Virus record (IMG/VR): IMGVR_UViG_3300020437_000005
Coordinates: 18,121 to 82,120 of that record
Length of the DNA: 64,000 bases
Direction: 5' to 3' (one strand)
Origin: a virus
Part shown: one piece after another, positions 56,701 through 64,000 of the stretch
Numbering within the stretch: position 1 is the stretch's first letter
How the letters are laid out: each line of letters starts with the position of its first letter
Made by a program: the position numbers and the translations under genes
Notes under the pieces: generated by a model
What the model was told of the DNA's origin: nothing
The model's database searches: none
Seen by the model: the letters and a program-made list of their open reading frames with translations, nothing else

Positions 56701-58335
56701 GGGTCCGTTACTAATGCAACTATAGTTAATGGGGGATCAGGATATCAAATTGGAGATGTTGTTTCTATAGGTTCTATTGGAAACTCTTCTACAGGAATAA
56801 ATTGCAGGCTTTCTATTGGTGAAATTGGAGATACGAATGAATTAATTTTAGATAATGTTCAAGGAGAATTTGTTTCTGGATCATCAGATCCAATATTCTA
56901 TACAAACGATCTGGGTAATTCAATAGAACTGGATGAGTCTAATGGTGGGGGAGTTCTTGTTTCTTCTGTAAATGTTGATTCTGATGGTCTGCATGTCAAA
57001 GTAAATCATAAGAATCATGGAATGTATTTTGAAGATAACCTTGTCAGAATAATTGGAGCTCAATCAGATATTAAACCAACAAAACTTATCACACCATATC
57101 AGATAGGTTCTGTTGGGTCAATTTCTGTAGAAGACGCATCACAATTTTCAACTTTCGAGAATGTCGGTATTGGTACAACAAATGTTGGATTAATTCGTAT
57201 AGGAGAAGAAATCATCGAATATACAGATGTTACTGGTAATATTATTGGAGGAAATATTGTCAGAGGATCTACTCCCAAGACGTATCCTGCAGGAACTCCA
57301 GTATTTAAGTATGAATTAAATGGTATAAGTTTGGAGAGAATTAACAAAACTCACGATCTATCTCAGGTCGATATAAATGATCCGATAACTTTTGATTCAT
57401 ATCATATTAAACTTGATACTTCAGAAATTATTAACGATAATAACGACAATAGAGGAGATAATATTGGATATCCAAAACTCTATGCAAACCAAACTAAATC
57501 AACTGGAGGATATAATATTAAGGCATCACAAAATATGCCATTTGAAATAATAACTCCAATGGTAGAGAATGTCACGGTAAATGGTACCACTTTGACTGGT
57601 CAAGTCAGAACAACGACAAGTCGGTCTTTGAGTGGTAATGAAATTCCATTTATAGATGCTGGATTTGAGTCTGTAGTTTTGAATGAATCAAATTATCTAG
57701 ATTCTCCAAGAATGATTTGTTCTAAGGTTAACGAAAATTCTAAATTGACTACAATATCAGGAAATAAATCTATGAATCTTAGACTTTTCCTCAATACCAC
57801 AAATAGTAGAGTAAGTCCAGTTATAGATCTTGAAAGAGTTAATACAATCTTAACTTCAAATAGAGTTAATTCTGTTATTGACGATTATTCAACTGATAGT
57901 AGAGTAAATGAAATTAATGAAGATCCAACATCCTGTCAGTACATTTCTAAAGAGATTTCTTTAGAAAATGCTGCAGATTCAATCAAAATCATGTTAAATG
58001 CACACATATCGACAAATAATGATATACGTGCATTCTATGCTGTTAGCGATACTCAGGGATTTGATCCTATTTTCCAACCATTTCCAGGATACGAAAACTT
58101 AGATTCTAGAGGTCAAGTAATTTCCGAAGAATCCAATAATGGAAATCCTGATACAATCGTACCGAAAACAACATTTAGCGGGTTTGATGGTCAATCTCTA
58201 GACTTTAAAGAATATACATTTACTGCAGACTCATTGCCACCATTTAGATCATATAGAATAAAAATCATAATGACATCTAGTAGTCAAGTTCATGTACCAA
58301 GAATGAAAGATCTAAGAGTTATTACTATGATATAA
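50788..58335 (+). CDS. VrlC-like / DUF4815 large virion structural protein (2515 aa)
   Basis: TNLNVSPYFDDF, LFKPGYPIQARELTTLQSILQ, APGADRLKI, RLKTGFFVDNF, DPLAQSF; usual position after gp8. Confidence 0.85.
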   Translation: MPKQTNLNVSPYFDDFDSDNDYHKVLFKPGYPIQARELTTLQSILQDQIEKFGQHFFKDGDKVIPGNIGYSRLYQCVQLNNSYQGVPVSAYADQLIGSKITGQSSGVTAYVDYVLFPEDSERGVLTLYVNYLGSSTQNNSTQTFSDGEFLVSNQVISSGLLGNTTIQSGSPFASTISDSSSATGSSFSIDAGVYFIRGSFVTVDKETLVLDQYSNTPSYRVGLFVNEEIVTSDSDESLNDNSQGYNNYSAPGADRLKISVSLTKKQLDDFDDTNFVELATVNNGVLKSKKIIGGAISSGNGGFRSKDISDTLARRTYAESGDYYVKPFGVTCLNSLNDNIGNGGILNSNQFTPSGGVPSDDLGLYKISPGKAFVRGYEIDVTSPVFLDAPKPRTEKVVEDQSLFYNTGTTLKLNRVFRSPTIGLGNDYIISLRNSRVGEDVDNDGAPGEEVGLARVYDFRLESGAYELSDSNSNIWGISLYDVQIFTKLTLNQSITLSTPTFIKGKNSGATAFLKDSADDTNTLTIYQVSGSFIKNESLIFDGIENGRIITDVSKNDISNVKSLFGTTDGVIGINTFSADTIQSVSSNVGIATVSEFSGGISTVRSSDPSFLSNVSVGDILQYSDLSSSQDPIISKIVSIGDDTVSIVGVTTVAGIADGKLPENHLNITDLKILKTKLSESSDNTLFTRLDKNNISTVNLSEASITVRKVYTIDIVGREISSTTIPTSGDNEIFLPFTSRRYSLIRSDGSTEILTSDKFTFSTDLKTIQISNLSADDVGATLITTIRKSKPKSKVKRKNRVNSILIDKSKYSASGTGESTLNDGLQYGDYPFGTRVQDQILSLNVPDIINIHGVFESSGTEDPSSPRMDLTSLDTFSTTTNDLLLGEILVGQTSGAVAVYVEKISDSIISFVYKNDIKFIEGETVSFQESLASGISINLESPSFEISSEFSFSTGQQKSFYDYGYVKRKPEFKEPTKKVKIYFTSAFHSSDDDGDITTVNSYDSFDYSKEIRSIDSIPNSDIIDIRPRTSNYEVEEGKRSPLEFLGRSFSQSGNSSSNILASNETLSIDYSYFLGRIDRIFLTKGGKFQVVYGEPSEKPEKPINIDDALEVATIELPPYLYNPQQASIEFLEYKRYRMSDIRALERRIKNLEFHTALSILETNTANMYIPDSEGANRLKTGFFVDNFSSFKTQETLSGIKNSIDRTLNELRPNHFTDSIDLIDGPVANIDPSQDLLFSGVEGNNVRKNNNILTLNYSELEWLKQPFATRSESVTPFLMNFWQGTIDLTPASDNWIDPVKIDAKIIKKEGNYAETLANAAKTLNVDPQTGFAPAVWDGWKENWTGKTRTRPDTRTRQSFDSDVFWRDAGGGMRNLIEVTRTSTIQEELNLTVESGTSTNAGLQTTVVEDFEETVVGEKVVGKDIVPYMRSRNIQFASKRLKPLTRVYAFFDGVDVSKYCVPKLLEISMISGVFEVGELVEGVVQRTGLDEDTKSTSPRISFRAAQLNHKEGPYNSPTKVFQENPYTNNTLPSTYSSTSSVINVDTFSLSNEVQGEYFGWVGLDMVLTGKTSGAQATITNVRLLSDLSSTLIGSFYIPDPNNANYPKFETGTKNFKLINDADNDKNLSTTSAEESYVSSGIIEKTQETIISVRNAKVEQKPVFDSRPIERTLNTEIVSSTQIGPTFTSDERVVRTRAWSDPLAQSFLVEEDGGIFLTKCDVFFRSIDDMDIPVTLQIRTMNTGIPTQIIVPNSEVVLDPGDVNISSDGSIATTFQFKSPIYLEGNNTDYCVCLLSNSTKYSVYISRMGETDLISDVFISNPNKQYMGSLFKSQNGSTWEPSQWEDLKYTLYRADFIESGSVDFYNPELSEGNKKIATLMPNSLSFNSRKIRLELSKEVSGLTINENGNTFTQDATNATGNLIGVASKATGDLIVTNTGIGYTPSSGQFVFNDVSLIAVSGNGRGASADITVEDGSVTNATIVNGGSGYQIGDVVSIGSIGNSSTGINCRLSIGEIGDTNELILDNVQGEFVSGSSDPIFYTNDLGNSIELDESNGGGVLVSSVNVDSDGLHVKVNHKNHGMYFEDNLVRIIGAQSDIKPTKLITPYQIGSVGSISVEDASQFSTFENVGIGTTNVGLIRIGEEIIEYTDVTGNIIGGNIVRGSTPKTYPAGTPVFKYELNGISLERINKTHDLSQVDINDPITFDSYHIKLDTSEIINDNNDNRGDNIGYPKLYANQTKSTGGYNIKASQNMPFEIITPMVENVTVNGTTLTGQVRTTTSRSLSGNEIPFIDAGFESVVLNESNYLDSPRMICSKVNENSKLTTISGNKSMNLRLFLNTTNSRVSPVIDLERVNTILTSNRVNSVIDDYSTDSRVNEINEDPTSCQYISKEISLENAADSIKIMLNAHISTNNDIRAFYAVSDTQGFDPIFQPFPGYENLDSRGQVISEESNNGNPDTIVPKTTFSGFDGQSLDFKEYTFTADSLPPFRSYRIKIIMTSSSQVHVPRMKDLRVITMI

Positions 58336-58336
58336 T

Positions 58337-58558
58337 ATGAAAAACTATAAAATTGAGGGTCATGGAGATTTAGCCAGAGATCCAGAAACAAATTCCATTG
58401 TCAATATAAATTCTTCAGATTATGATCAACACATTGCTAGAAAAAAACTAAAGGAAAAAAGGAATCAAAAAACACAGAATATAGAAGAAGATTTAATTAA
58501 ACTAAAAGGTGAAATTCAAGAAATCAAATCATTACTTAAGGAGATTTTAAACAAATGA
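58337..58558 (+). CDS. Conserved small protein following the VrlC-like gene
   Basis: KIEGH.DL.RD..TN.IVN...EIKSLL. Confidence 0.75.
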   Translation: MKNYKIEGHGDLARDPETNSIVNINSSDYDQHIARKKLKEKRNQKTQNIEEDLIKLKGEIQEIKSLLKEILNK

Positions 58559-58719
58559 ACCCAGAAGAAATTACACTGTCAAACCTCACAAAAAGTTTTG
58601 AATACACTAAAATCGCAAATAAAATTGACGATTGTTCAAGTATTGATGATTTGAGAGATATGGCAAAATGTTTTGCAAAATTATATTTCAAACAACAAGA
58701 AACACTATCAAAGATTTAA
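58555..58719 (+). CDS. 54-aa NblA-like helix-loop-helix mini-protein
   Basis: AAGGAG RBS, ATGA overlap; MNPEEITLSNLTKSFEY...IDDLRDMAKCFAKLYFKQQE. Read manually; the NblA call is tentative. Confidence 0.55.
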   Translation: MNPEEITLSNLTKSFEYTKIANKIDDCSSIDDLRDMAKCFAKLYFKQQETLSKI

Positions 58720-58722
58720 TCA

Positions 58723-58983
58723 TTGGAATATGACGAACTAATATTAAATGGGAATATGTTAAATTTTGATGAATTGAAGGAAAAGTGTTTGGAAAATCCA
58801 CCAAACCATCCCCAGTTTAAAAATCTCATTCCTTATATTGAAAAATGTAATGATATTGAGGAGTTAAGAAAAATGGCCTTATCCTGGTGTTGGTCAGTCT
58901 ACCACCAGGAAGATTCTAGAATTCAGATGTACAGAACCATAGAATCATATGAAACTGGGATATATGGAGATTGTGATTTATAA
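58723..58983 (+). CDS. Hypothetical protein, paralog of 58555..58719
   Basis: IEKCNDIEELRKMA aligns with IDDCSSIDDLRDMA; start uncertain. Confidence 0.6.
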   Translation: MEYDELILNGNMLNFDELKEKCLENPPNHPQFKNLIPYIEKCNDIEELRKMALSWCWSVYHQEDSRIQMYRTIESYETGIYGDCDL

Positions 58984-58989
58984 ATGATG

Positions 58990-58996
58990 ATAAATA
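58990..58996 (+). promoter_or_regulatory. Late promoter ATAAATA
   Basis: Upstream of gp13. Confidence 0.65.
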
Positions 58997-59020
58997 CTAT
59001 TAATGGGTCTAGTTAAATAC

Positions 59021-59866
59021 ATGGCACAACCATCGAATAGATCAGAATTAGTAAACTACTGTAAAAGACAATTAGGTGCTCCTGTCTTAGAAATCAATGT
59101 TGCAGATGAACAAGTTGATGATCTTGTAGATGATGCTTTGCAGTATTTTCATGAAAGACACTTTGATGGAGTGATTCAAACATATCTCAAATATAAAATC
59201 ACACAAGATGATATTGATAGAGGTAGGGCCCGAGGAGATAATAAAAAGGTTGGAATAGTAACAACCACAGAAACAACTTCAATTGTTGGTACTGCTACAA
59301 CATTTACTTACGAGGAGAATAGTAACTACTTACAGATACCTCCATCAGTTATTGGTGTAAATAAAATATATCATTTTGACGGAGCTAATGCTACGACTAA
59401 TAATATGTTTAGTATGAAATATCAAATGTTTTTGAATGATATTTATTACTGGGGATCCATGGAGATTCTTACATACGCAATGACAAGAAGATATCTAGAA
59501 GATTTGCAATTTCTTTTAACAACAGAAAAACAAATCAGATTTAATCAAAGACAGGATAGACTATACTTGGATATAGATTGGGGAAATGTGAGGGTTGGAG
59601 AGTACATGGTTATAGATTGTTATCGATTATTAGATCCAAATACTTACGCTGGAGTTTGGAATGATTCATTCTTAAAGAGATATCTGACTGCATTGATCAA
59701 ACGTCAATGGGGACAGAATCTGATCAAGTTTCAGGGGGTTAAACTTCCTGGTGGAGTTGAGTTGAACGGTAGGCAGATATATGATGATGCGGAGAAAGAG
59801 TTGGAAAATATTAGAGAAATTATGTCTAATACATATGAACTTCCACCAATGGATATGATTGGATAA
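59021..59866 (+). CDS. gp13: Neck protein gp13
   Basis: YCKRQLGAPVLEINV, ERHFDG, KRQWGQNLIKF.GVKLPGGVELNG. Confidence 0.93.
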   Translation: MAQPSNRSELVNYCKRQLGAPVLEINVADEQVDDLVDDALQYFHERHFDGVIQTYLKYKITQDDIDRGRARGDNKKVGIVTTTETTSIVGTATTFTYEENSNYLQIPPSVIGVNKIYHFDGANATTNNMFSMKYQMFLNDIYYWGSMEILTYAMTRRYLEDLQFLLTTEKQIRFNQRQDRLYLDIDWGNVRVGEYMVIDCYRLLDPNTYAGVWNDSFLKRYLTALIKRQWGQNLIKFQGVKLPGGVELNGRQIYDDAEKELENIREIMSNTYELPPMDMIG

Positions 59867-59868
59867 TT

Positions 59869-61290
59869 ATGTTAAATCCATTTTTTATACAAGGAACTGC
59901 TGGGGAACAAAACCTCATACAAGACTTAATCAACGAACAGTTAAGAATGTATGGGGTGGAAGTTCATTATATGCCGAGATCATTTATTAATGAGAATAGT
60001 GTCATTCGTGAGGTTATTGAATCTTCATTCGAATCTGCATATCCGATTGAAGCATATATTCAGAATTATGAGGGATATGCTGATAATCCCGTTCTTCTTT
60101 CTAAGTTTGGTATCGAACAAACGCAAGAACTAACTTTTGTTATTTCCAAAGAAAGATGGGAAAATTATATCGAACCTCTAATTAGAGATAAACCAGATGT
60201 GAGATTGTCTAGTAGACCAAAAGAAGGAGATTTGATATATTTGCCTCTCGGAGACCGTTTATATGAAATCAAATATGTAGAACATGAAAAACCATTCTAT
60301 CAACTTCAAAAGAACTATGTTTATGAGTTGAGATGCGAACTCTTCCGTTACGAAGACGAAGTCATTGATACTGGTGTCATGGAAATTGATGATAATTTAC
60401 TTGGAAATGAAACTGATGGATATGATTATGACGGAAATTCTACCATGCTTGGTCCAACACAAACAGTAGCCGTTTCTGGTGTTGGTGTAACTGCAAGTGC
60501 GATTACGGATATTGTCGATGGTGGAATCCGTTTCGTAAACATTACAAATCGTGGAGGTGGGTATTCAGACCACCCAATTGTTGGGTTTTCCTCTGCTCCA
60601 TCGGAAGGAATCACAGGTATTGCCACGACAAGAATGATTAGTGGATTTAGAATATGCAATCTGAACACAAATAATAGTTTAAGATCTGTTCAAGCAGTAG
60701 ACCTATCTAATGCTGGAGCAGGATATACCGTCGCTCCAGGAGTAAGATTTATTGGCGGAGGAGGCAAAAACGCTTCTGGAATTTCATCAATTGGTGATGG
60801 TGTTGTTGGAGTTATTACAGTTACTAATCCCGGATCTGGTTATGTTGTTTCACCGACAATCACCTTTACTGGAGATTCCATAGTATCCGCAGCTGCGACA
60901 GCAGTTATTGGGGATGATGGCGATATCGTTGCAATTAATATCACCAACGCTGGTTTGGGTTATACTCAGGCACCTACAATTACAATTTCAGATCCATACA
61001 TGGGCGCTACTGGAAGTTTCCAATTTAATGAAATTGTAACAGGTTCTATCAGCGGAACAACAGCAAGAGTAAGAAAATGGAACTATACAAATGTTCTTGA
61101 TCTGTCAAACATTAGTGGAACTTTCCTTGTGGGAGAAATTCTTGTTGGATCTAGATCAGGAGCGGAGCACAAAATAATTTTCATAGATACAGAACCAACC
61201 GATGATGGGTACGCCGATAATTTTAATATTGAGGTGGAAGCCGACGAGATATTAGACTTCTCTGAACAAAATCCTTTTGGCACTCCATAA
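59869..61290 (+). CDS. gp14: Neck protein gp14
   Basis: EQNLIQDLINEQL..YG.EV.Y.PR, RPKEGDLIY, VEHEKPFYQL, DFSEQNPFG. Confidence 0.93.
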   Translation: MLNPFFIQGTAGEQNLIQDLINEQLRMYGVEVHYMPRSFINENSVIREVIESSFESAYPIEAYIQNYEGYADNPVLLSKFGIEQTQELTFVISKERWENYIEPLIRDKPDVRLSSRPKEGDLIYLPLGDRLYEIKYVEHEKPFYQLQKNYVYELRCELFRYEDEVIDTGVMEIDDNLLGNETDGYDYDGNSTMLGPTQTVAVSGVGVTASAITDIVDGGIRFVNITNRGGGYSDHPIVGFSSAPSEGITGIATTRMISGFRICNLNTNNSLRSVQAVDLSNAGAGYTVAPGVRFIGGGGKNASGISSIGDGVVGVITVTNPGSGYVVSPTITFTGDSIVSAAATAVIGDDGDIVAINITNAGLGYTQAPTITISDPYMGATGSFQFNEIVTGSISGTTARVRKWNYTNVLDLSNISGTFLVGEILVGSRSGAEHKIIFIDTEPTDDGYADNFNIEVEADEILDFSEQNPFGTP

Positions 61291-61293
61291 ATA
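61287..61293 (+). promoter_or_regulatory. Late promoter ATAAATA overlapping the gp14 stop
   Basis: Consensus match upstream of gp15. Confidence 0.65.
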
Positions 61294-61313
61294 CAATATA
61301 ATCTAAATTAGTC

Positions 61314-62315
61314 ATGTTTGAGTATTTTTACAACGAGATCTTAAGAAAAACTATCATTGCCTTTGGGACACTGTTTAATAACGTAATTATTAAACATACA
61401 GATGGATCTGATGGCGTGACTAATGTGATTAAAGTTCCTCTTGCATATGGACCAACTCAAAAGTTTCTTGCAAGACTTGAACAGTCTCCAGATTTGAATA
61501 AATCTACTGCAATTACTCTACCCAGAATGTCCTTTGAATTTATTGGACTTACTTATGACCCCGCCAGAAAGGTCAGTACAACTCAACAGTTTGTAGTTAA
61601 GGATCCAGATAATGATCTTGGAGTAAAGAAATCATACATGCCAGTTCCATATAATATGCAATTTGAATTGAGCATTATGTCTAAATTAAATGATGATATG
61701 CTTCAAATTGTTGAACAGATTTTACCATATTTTCAACCTGCATACAATTTAACTATAGAGTTGGTTGAACAAGTTAAAGAGAAGAAAGATATACCTATTA
61801 TTTTAGAAAATATAACCATGCAGGACGATTATGAGGGAGACTTTACTTCTAGAAGAGTTCTTCTTTATACTCTAAGATTTACTGCAAAAACTTATCTATT
61901 CGGACCAGTCACTTCTGCATCCAAGGATATTATCAAGAAAGCAACAGTCAATTATCTCTCTGGAAGAGATCCCTCATTTGCAACAAGAGATGTCACTTAT
62001 TCTGTTACTCCGAGAGCAATCAAAGATTACACTGGAGATGTCGCTACAAATATCTCCAACGACATTAGCACAGGAACAAAAGTTATTCTCGTCGATGATG
62101 TTAGTGGATTAACTGCAAAAACATATGTTGATCTTGAAGGAGAAGAGTTATACATTAAGTCTATTTCTGGGAATAAAATAACAGTAGAAAGAGGAAAGGA
62201 TAATACAACAATAACATCGCATCTGAAAGGAGCTCCTATTCGATTGATAACAAAGGAGGATAATATTTTGGTAGAAAGTGGTGATGATTTTGGGTTTGAT
62301 GGTGACTTATTCTGA
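61314..62315 (+). CDS. gp15: Tail sheath stabiliser / tail terminator gp15
   Basis: YFYNEI.RK.IIAFGTLFN, KVPLAYGP.QKFLARL, LPRMSFE, QIVEQILPYFQP. Confidence 0.93.
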   Translation: MFEYFYNEILRKTIIAFGTLFNNVIIKHTDGSDGVTNVIKVPLAYGPTQKFLARLEQSPDLNKSTAITLPRMSFEFIGLTYDPARKVSTTQQFVVKDPDNDLGVKKSYMPVPYNMQFELSIMSKLNDDMLQIVEQILPYFQPAYNLTIELVEQVKEKKDIPIILENITMQDDYEGDFTSRRVLLYTLRFTAKTYLFGPVTSASKDIIKKATVNYLSGRDPSFATRDVTYSVTPRAIKDYTGDVATNISNDISTGTKVILVDDVSGLTAKTYVDLEGEELYIKSISGNKITVERGKDNTTITSHLKGAPIRLITKEDNILVESGDDFGFDGDLF

Positions 62316-62731
62316 TGACAGATAAATTTAACAAGTTAAACGAAACCTTTGAGGTTGAAGGTGAAGTTATCTCTAAAGAGATAAAAAAAGTTGAACCAAA
62401 AAAGTTATCTGAAGAAGATATTCAAAAAGACTATGAGTATACTCGTGGAAATTTATATTCTTTAATTGAAAAGGGACAAGAAGCTCTTAATGGTGCTCTT
62501 GAGTTGGCGCAAGAAACAGATTCCCCCAGAGCGTATGAAGTTACTGGTCAACTAATTAAGAGTATCTCAGATGCAACAGACAAACTATTAGATCTCCAAA
62601 AGAAACTAAAAGAAGTTAATACTGAAGAAAAACAAAAAGGACCATCGACAGTTAATAATGCATTATTTGTTGGATCAACAGCAGAACTTGCAAAAATGTT
62701 AAAGGATGGATTAAAAGAAAATGATAAATAA
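62315..62731 (+). CDS. gp16: Terminase small subunit gp16
   Basis: DYEYTRGNLYSLIEKGQEA, PRAYEV, NNALFVGSTAEL. Confidence 0.92.
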   Translation: MTDKFNKLNETFEVEGEVISKEIKKVEPKKLSEEDIQKDYEYTRGNLYSLIEKGQEALNGALELAQETDSPRAYEVTGQLIKSISDATDKLLDLQKKLKEVNTEEKQKGPSTVNNALFVGSTAELAKMLKDGLKENDK

Positions 62732-62756
62732 ATATAAGTAATGATTTCTCTTATCG

Positions 62757-64000
62757 ATGAAGAAGTACTGTCGTCTCTGTAAAAAGAAAGAAGAAAGGAA
62801 TCAATGCGGTTATGGTCCCAAAATGTGGGACAAGTATTCTGTTAATGATGCAAATGATGATGAGATTAAAAAGGCCGCGGAAGACTCAGGAATCACCTCC
62901 GGAGACGGAGGAGAGGGGGGTATGGGCGAAAGTCATGTCTCCAATTTCTCAGATGCAGTCCTCGAAGGGAACAAAAGTGGTGATAATTCTTTGCGTGACT
63001 GGTTTAGCAAGAGTCGCTCTAGTGATGGGAAGCCTGGCTGGGTTCAACTCGGTGGTAAATATGCAGGAAAACCCTGTGCAAAGCAACCAGGACAAACCAC
63101 AAAACCAAAGTGTGGTTCAAGCAAAATGAAACGCAACCTCAGTAAAGATGAGGAAGAAGCAGCATTCAGACGCAAGAATCGTCAAGATCCAAATCCAAAT
63201 AGAAAAGGGAAGGCAATTAACGTGAACACTGAAGAAACTCAAGTCAACGAAGGAGAAAAGGACGCCTGCTATCATAAGGTCAAGTCTCGTTACTCTGTAT
63301 GGCCTTCCGCATATGCATCAGGTGCTTTAGTTAAGTGCCGCAAAAAGGGTGCAAAAAACTGGGGCAATAAGACTAAAAACGAAGAATGGAAATACGAGAA
63401 AATTGATGCAGCAGCACACAGAAGTCAGCAACGTGCTGCAAAAATAAGAGAACTTTCTAAGAAAGGTGCTACTGAAGGTGAAAGGTCAGCAGCAGCAGGA
63501 AAGACCAAAGGTCCTAAGTTGATGGGTGAGAATTGCTGGCCTGGATATGAAAAGAAAGGGATGAAGACAATGTTTGGTAAGAGATATCCAAACTGTGTAA
63601 AAAAGACAAAAACTAAGAAAGAAGAAGTAGAACTCACAGATGCATATGGAAAAACCTTTGCGGTTATTGATGACGTAATTCAGAATGAAACAAAGATGGA
63701 GGCATCAAAGTGTCCGAGATGTGGTCAAAACCCATGCGTATGTACTGAAACATATGATATTGAATCAATGACTGAGGCAACTCGTATCCCAGCGAAAACT
63801 GGAAATATAATTCAAGTATTTCTTTCTTGGAGAGGAAGAATGTACGTTATAAAAATGTTCTTCCCATCTGTCGCACAACCAAGTCGTTCAGATGTTCAAG
63901 ATCAACTGGATAAGGTATATCCAGGATCAAAAGTTCAGTCATATAAAATCTCCGAAATTAAACCTGGAGAACAATTCCTACATACCGAAGAAACTGAACT
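62757..64000 (+). CDS. Modular basic late protein, 3'-truncated (absent from the ORF track)
   Basis: ATAAATA at 62724/62728. Frame is open from ATG 62757 to the window end: MKKYCRLC..., LRDWF...GWVQLGG...KPC, KDACYHKVK...WPSAYASG, CWPGY...PNCV, CPRCG..PC.C. Confidence 0.75.
   Translation, partial: MKKYCRLCKKKEERNQCGYGPKMWDKYSVNDANDDEIKKAAEDSGITSGDGGEGGMGESHVSNFSDAVLEGNKSGDNSLRDWFSKSRSSDGKPGWVQLGGKYAGKPCAKQPGQTTKPKCGSSKMKRNLSKDEEEAAFRRKNRQDPNPNRKGKAINVNTEETQVNEGEKDACYHKVKSRYSVWPSAYASGALVKCRKKGAKNWGNKTKNEEWKYEKIDAAAHRSQQRAAKIRELSKKGATEGERSAAAGKTKGPKLMGENCWPGYEKKGMKTMFGKRYPNCVKKTKTKKEEVELTDAYGKTFAVIDDVIQNETKMEASKCPRCGQNPCVCTETYDIESMTEATRIPAKTGNIIQVFLSWRGRMYVIKMFFPSVAQPSRSDVQDQLDKVYPGSKVQSYKISEIKPGEQFLHTEETE

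Noticed and set aside
62812-63129. 105-aa ORF from the track
   Set aside because: Out-of-frame shadow of the longer open frame starting at 62757.
1-64000. tRNA/rRNA genes, introns, inteins, IS elements
   Set aside because: No cloverleaf, splice-element, intein or transposase signatures were recognised by eye; tRNAscan-SE and Infernal would be needed to exclude them formally.

Overview
The window is part of a T4-like cyanomyovirus (Kyanoviridae-type) genome. Every credible gene is on the + strand. It has three blocks. (1) 1-17674 is a late virion block: a giant tail-fibre gene that starts upstream of the window and ends in an S74 chaperone domain, four small fibre-associated genes, and a 1793-aa repeat/beta-propeller protein. 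(2) ~17700-33100 is an accessory early/middle block of about 50 mostly tiny ORFs. It includes a DUF4385 protein, an SF2 helicase, an HNH-like protein, a KxDG protein and an HExxH protein, plus several sigma70-type promoters. (3) 33131-64000 is the conserved structural block: a glycosyltransferase-like gene, gp25, gp6, gp7, gp8, a VrlC-like protein, gp13, gp14, gp15, gp16 and a 3'-truncated modular basic protein, with ATAAATA late promoters. The most unusual signal is in block 2. Ten direct copies of a ~34-bp non-sigma70 element (AAAGTTACTCACCTYYYGATYGTMYYANTNGTRT) divide 22870-31735 into gene cassettes. By manual scan, the surrounding 10.7 kb (22394-33132) has no RGCY tetramer at all. The same zone holds a candidate ~120-nt ncRNA, a late-expressed basic protein with a capsid-targeting-like N-terminus, an antisense promoter and several RNA-like hairpins. 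Other points of interest are a tandem pair of NblA-like mini-genes before gp13 and a probable protease-processed polyprotein after gp16. All counts were made by eye and family names come from motif recognition, not database searches.
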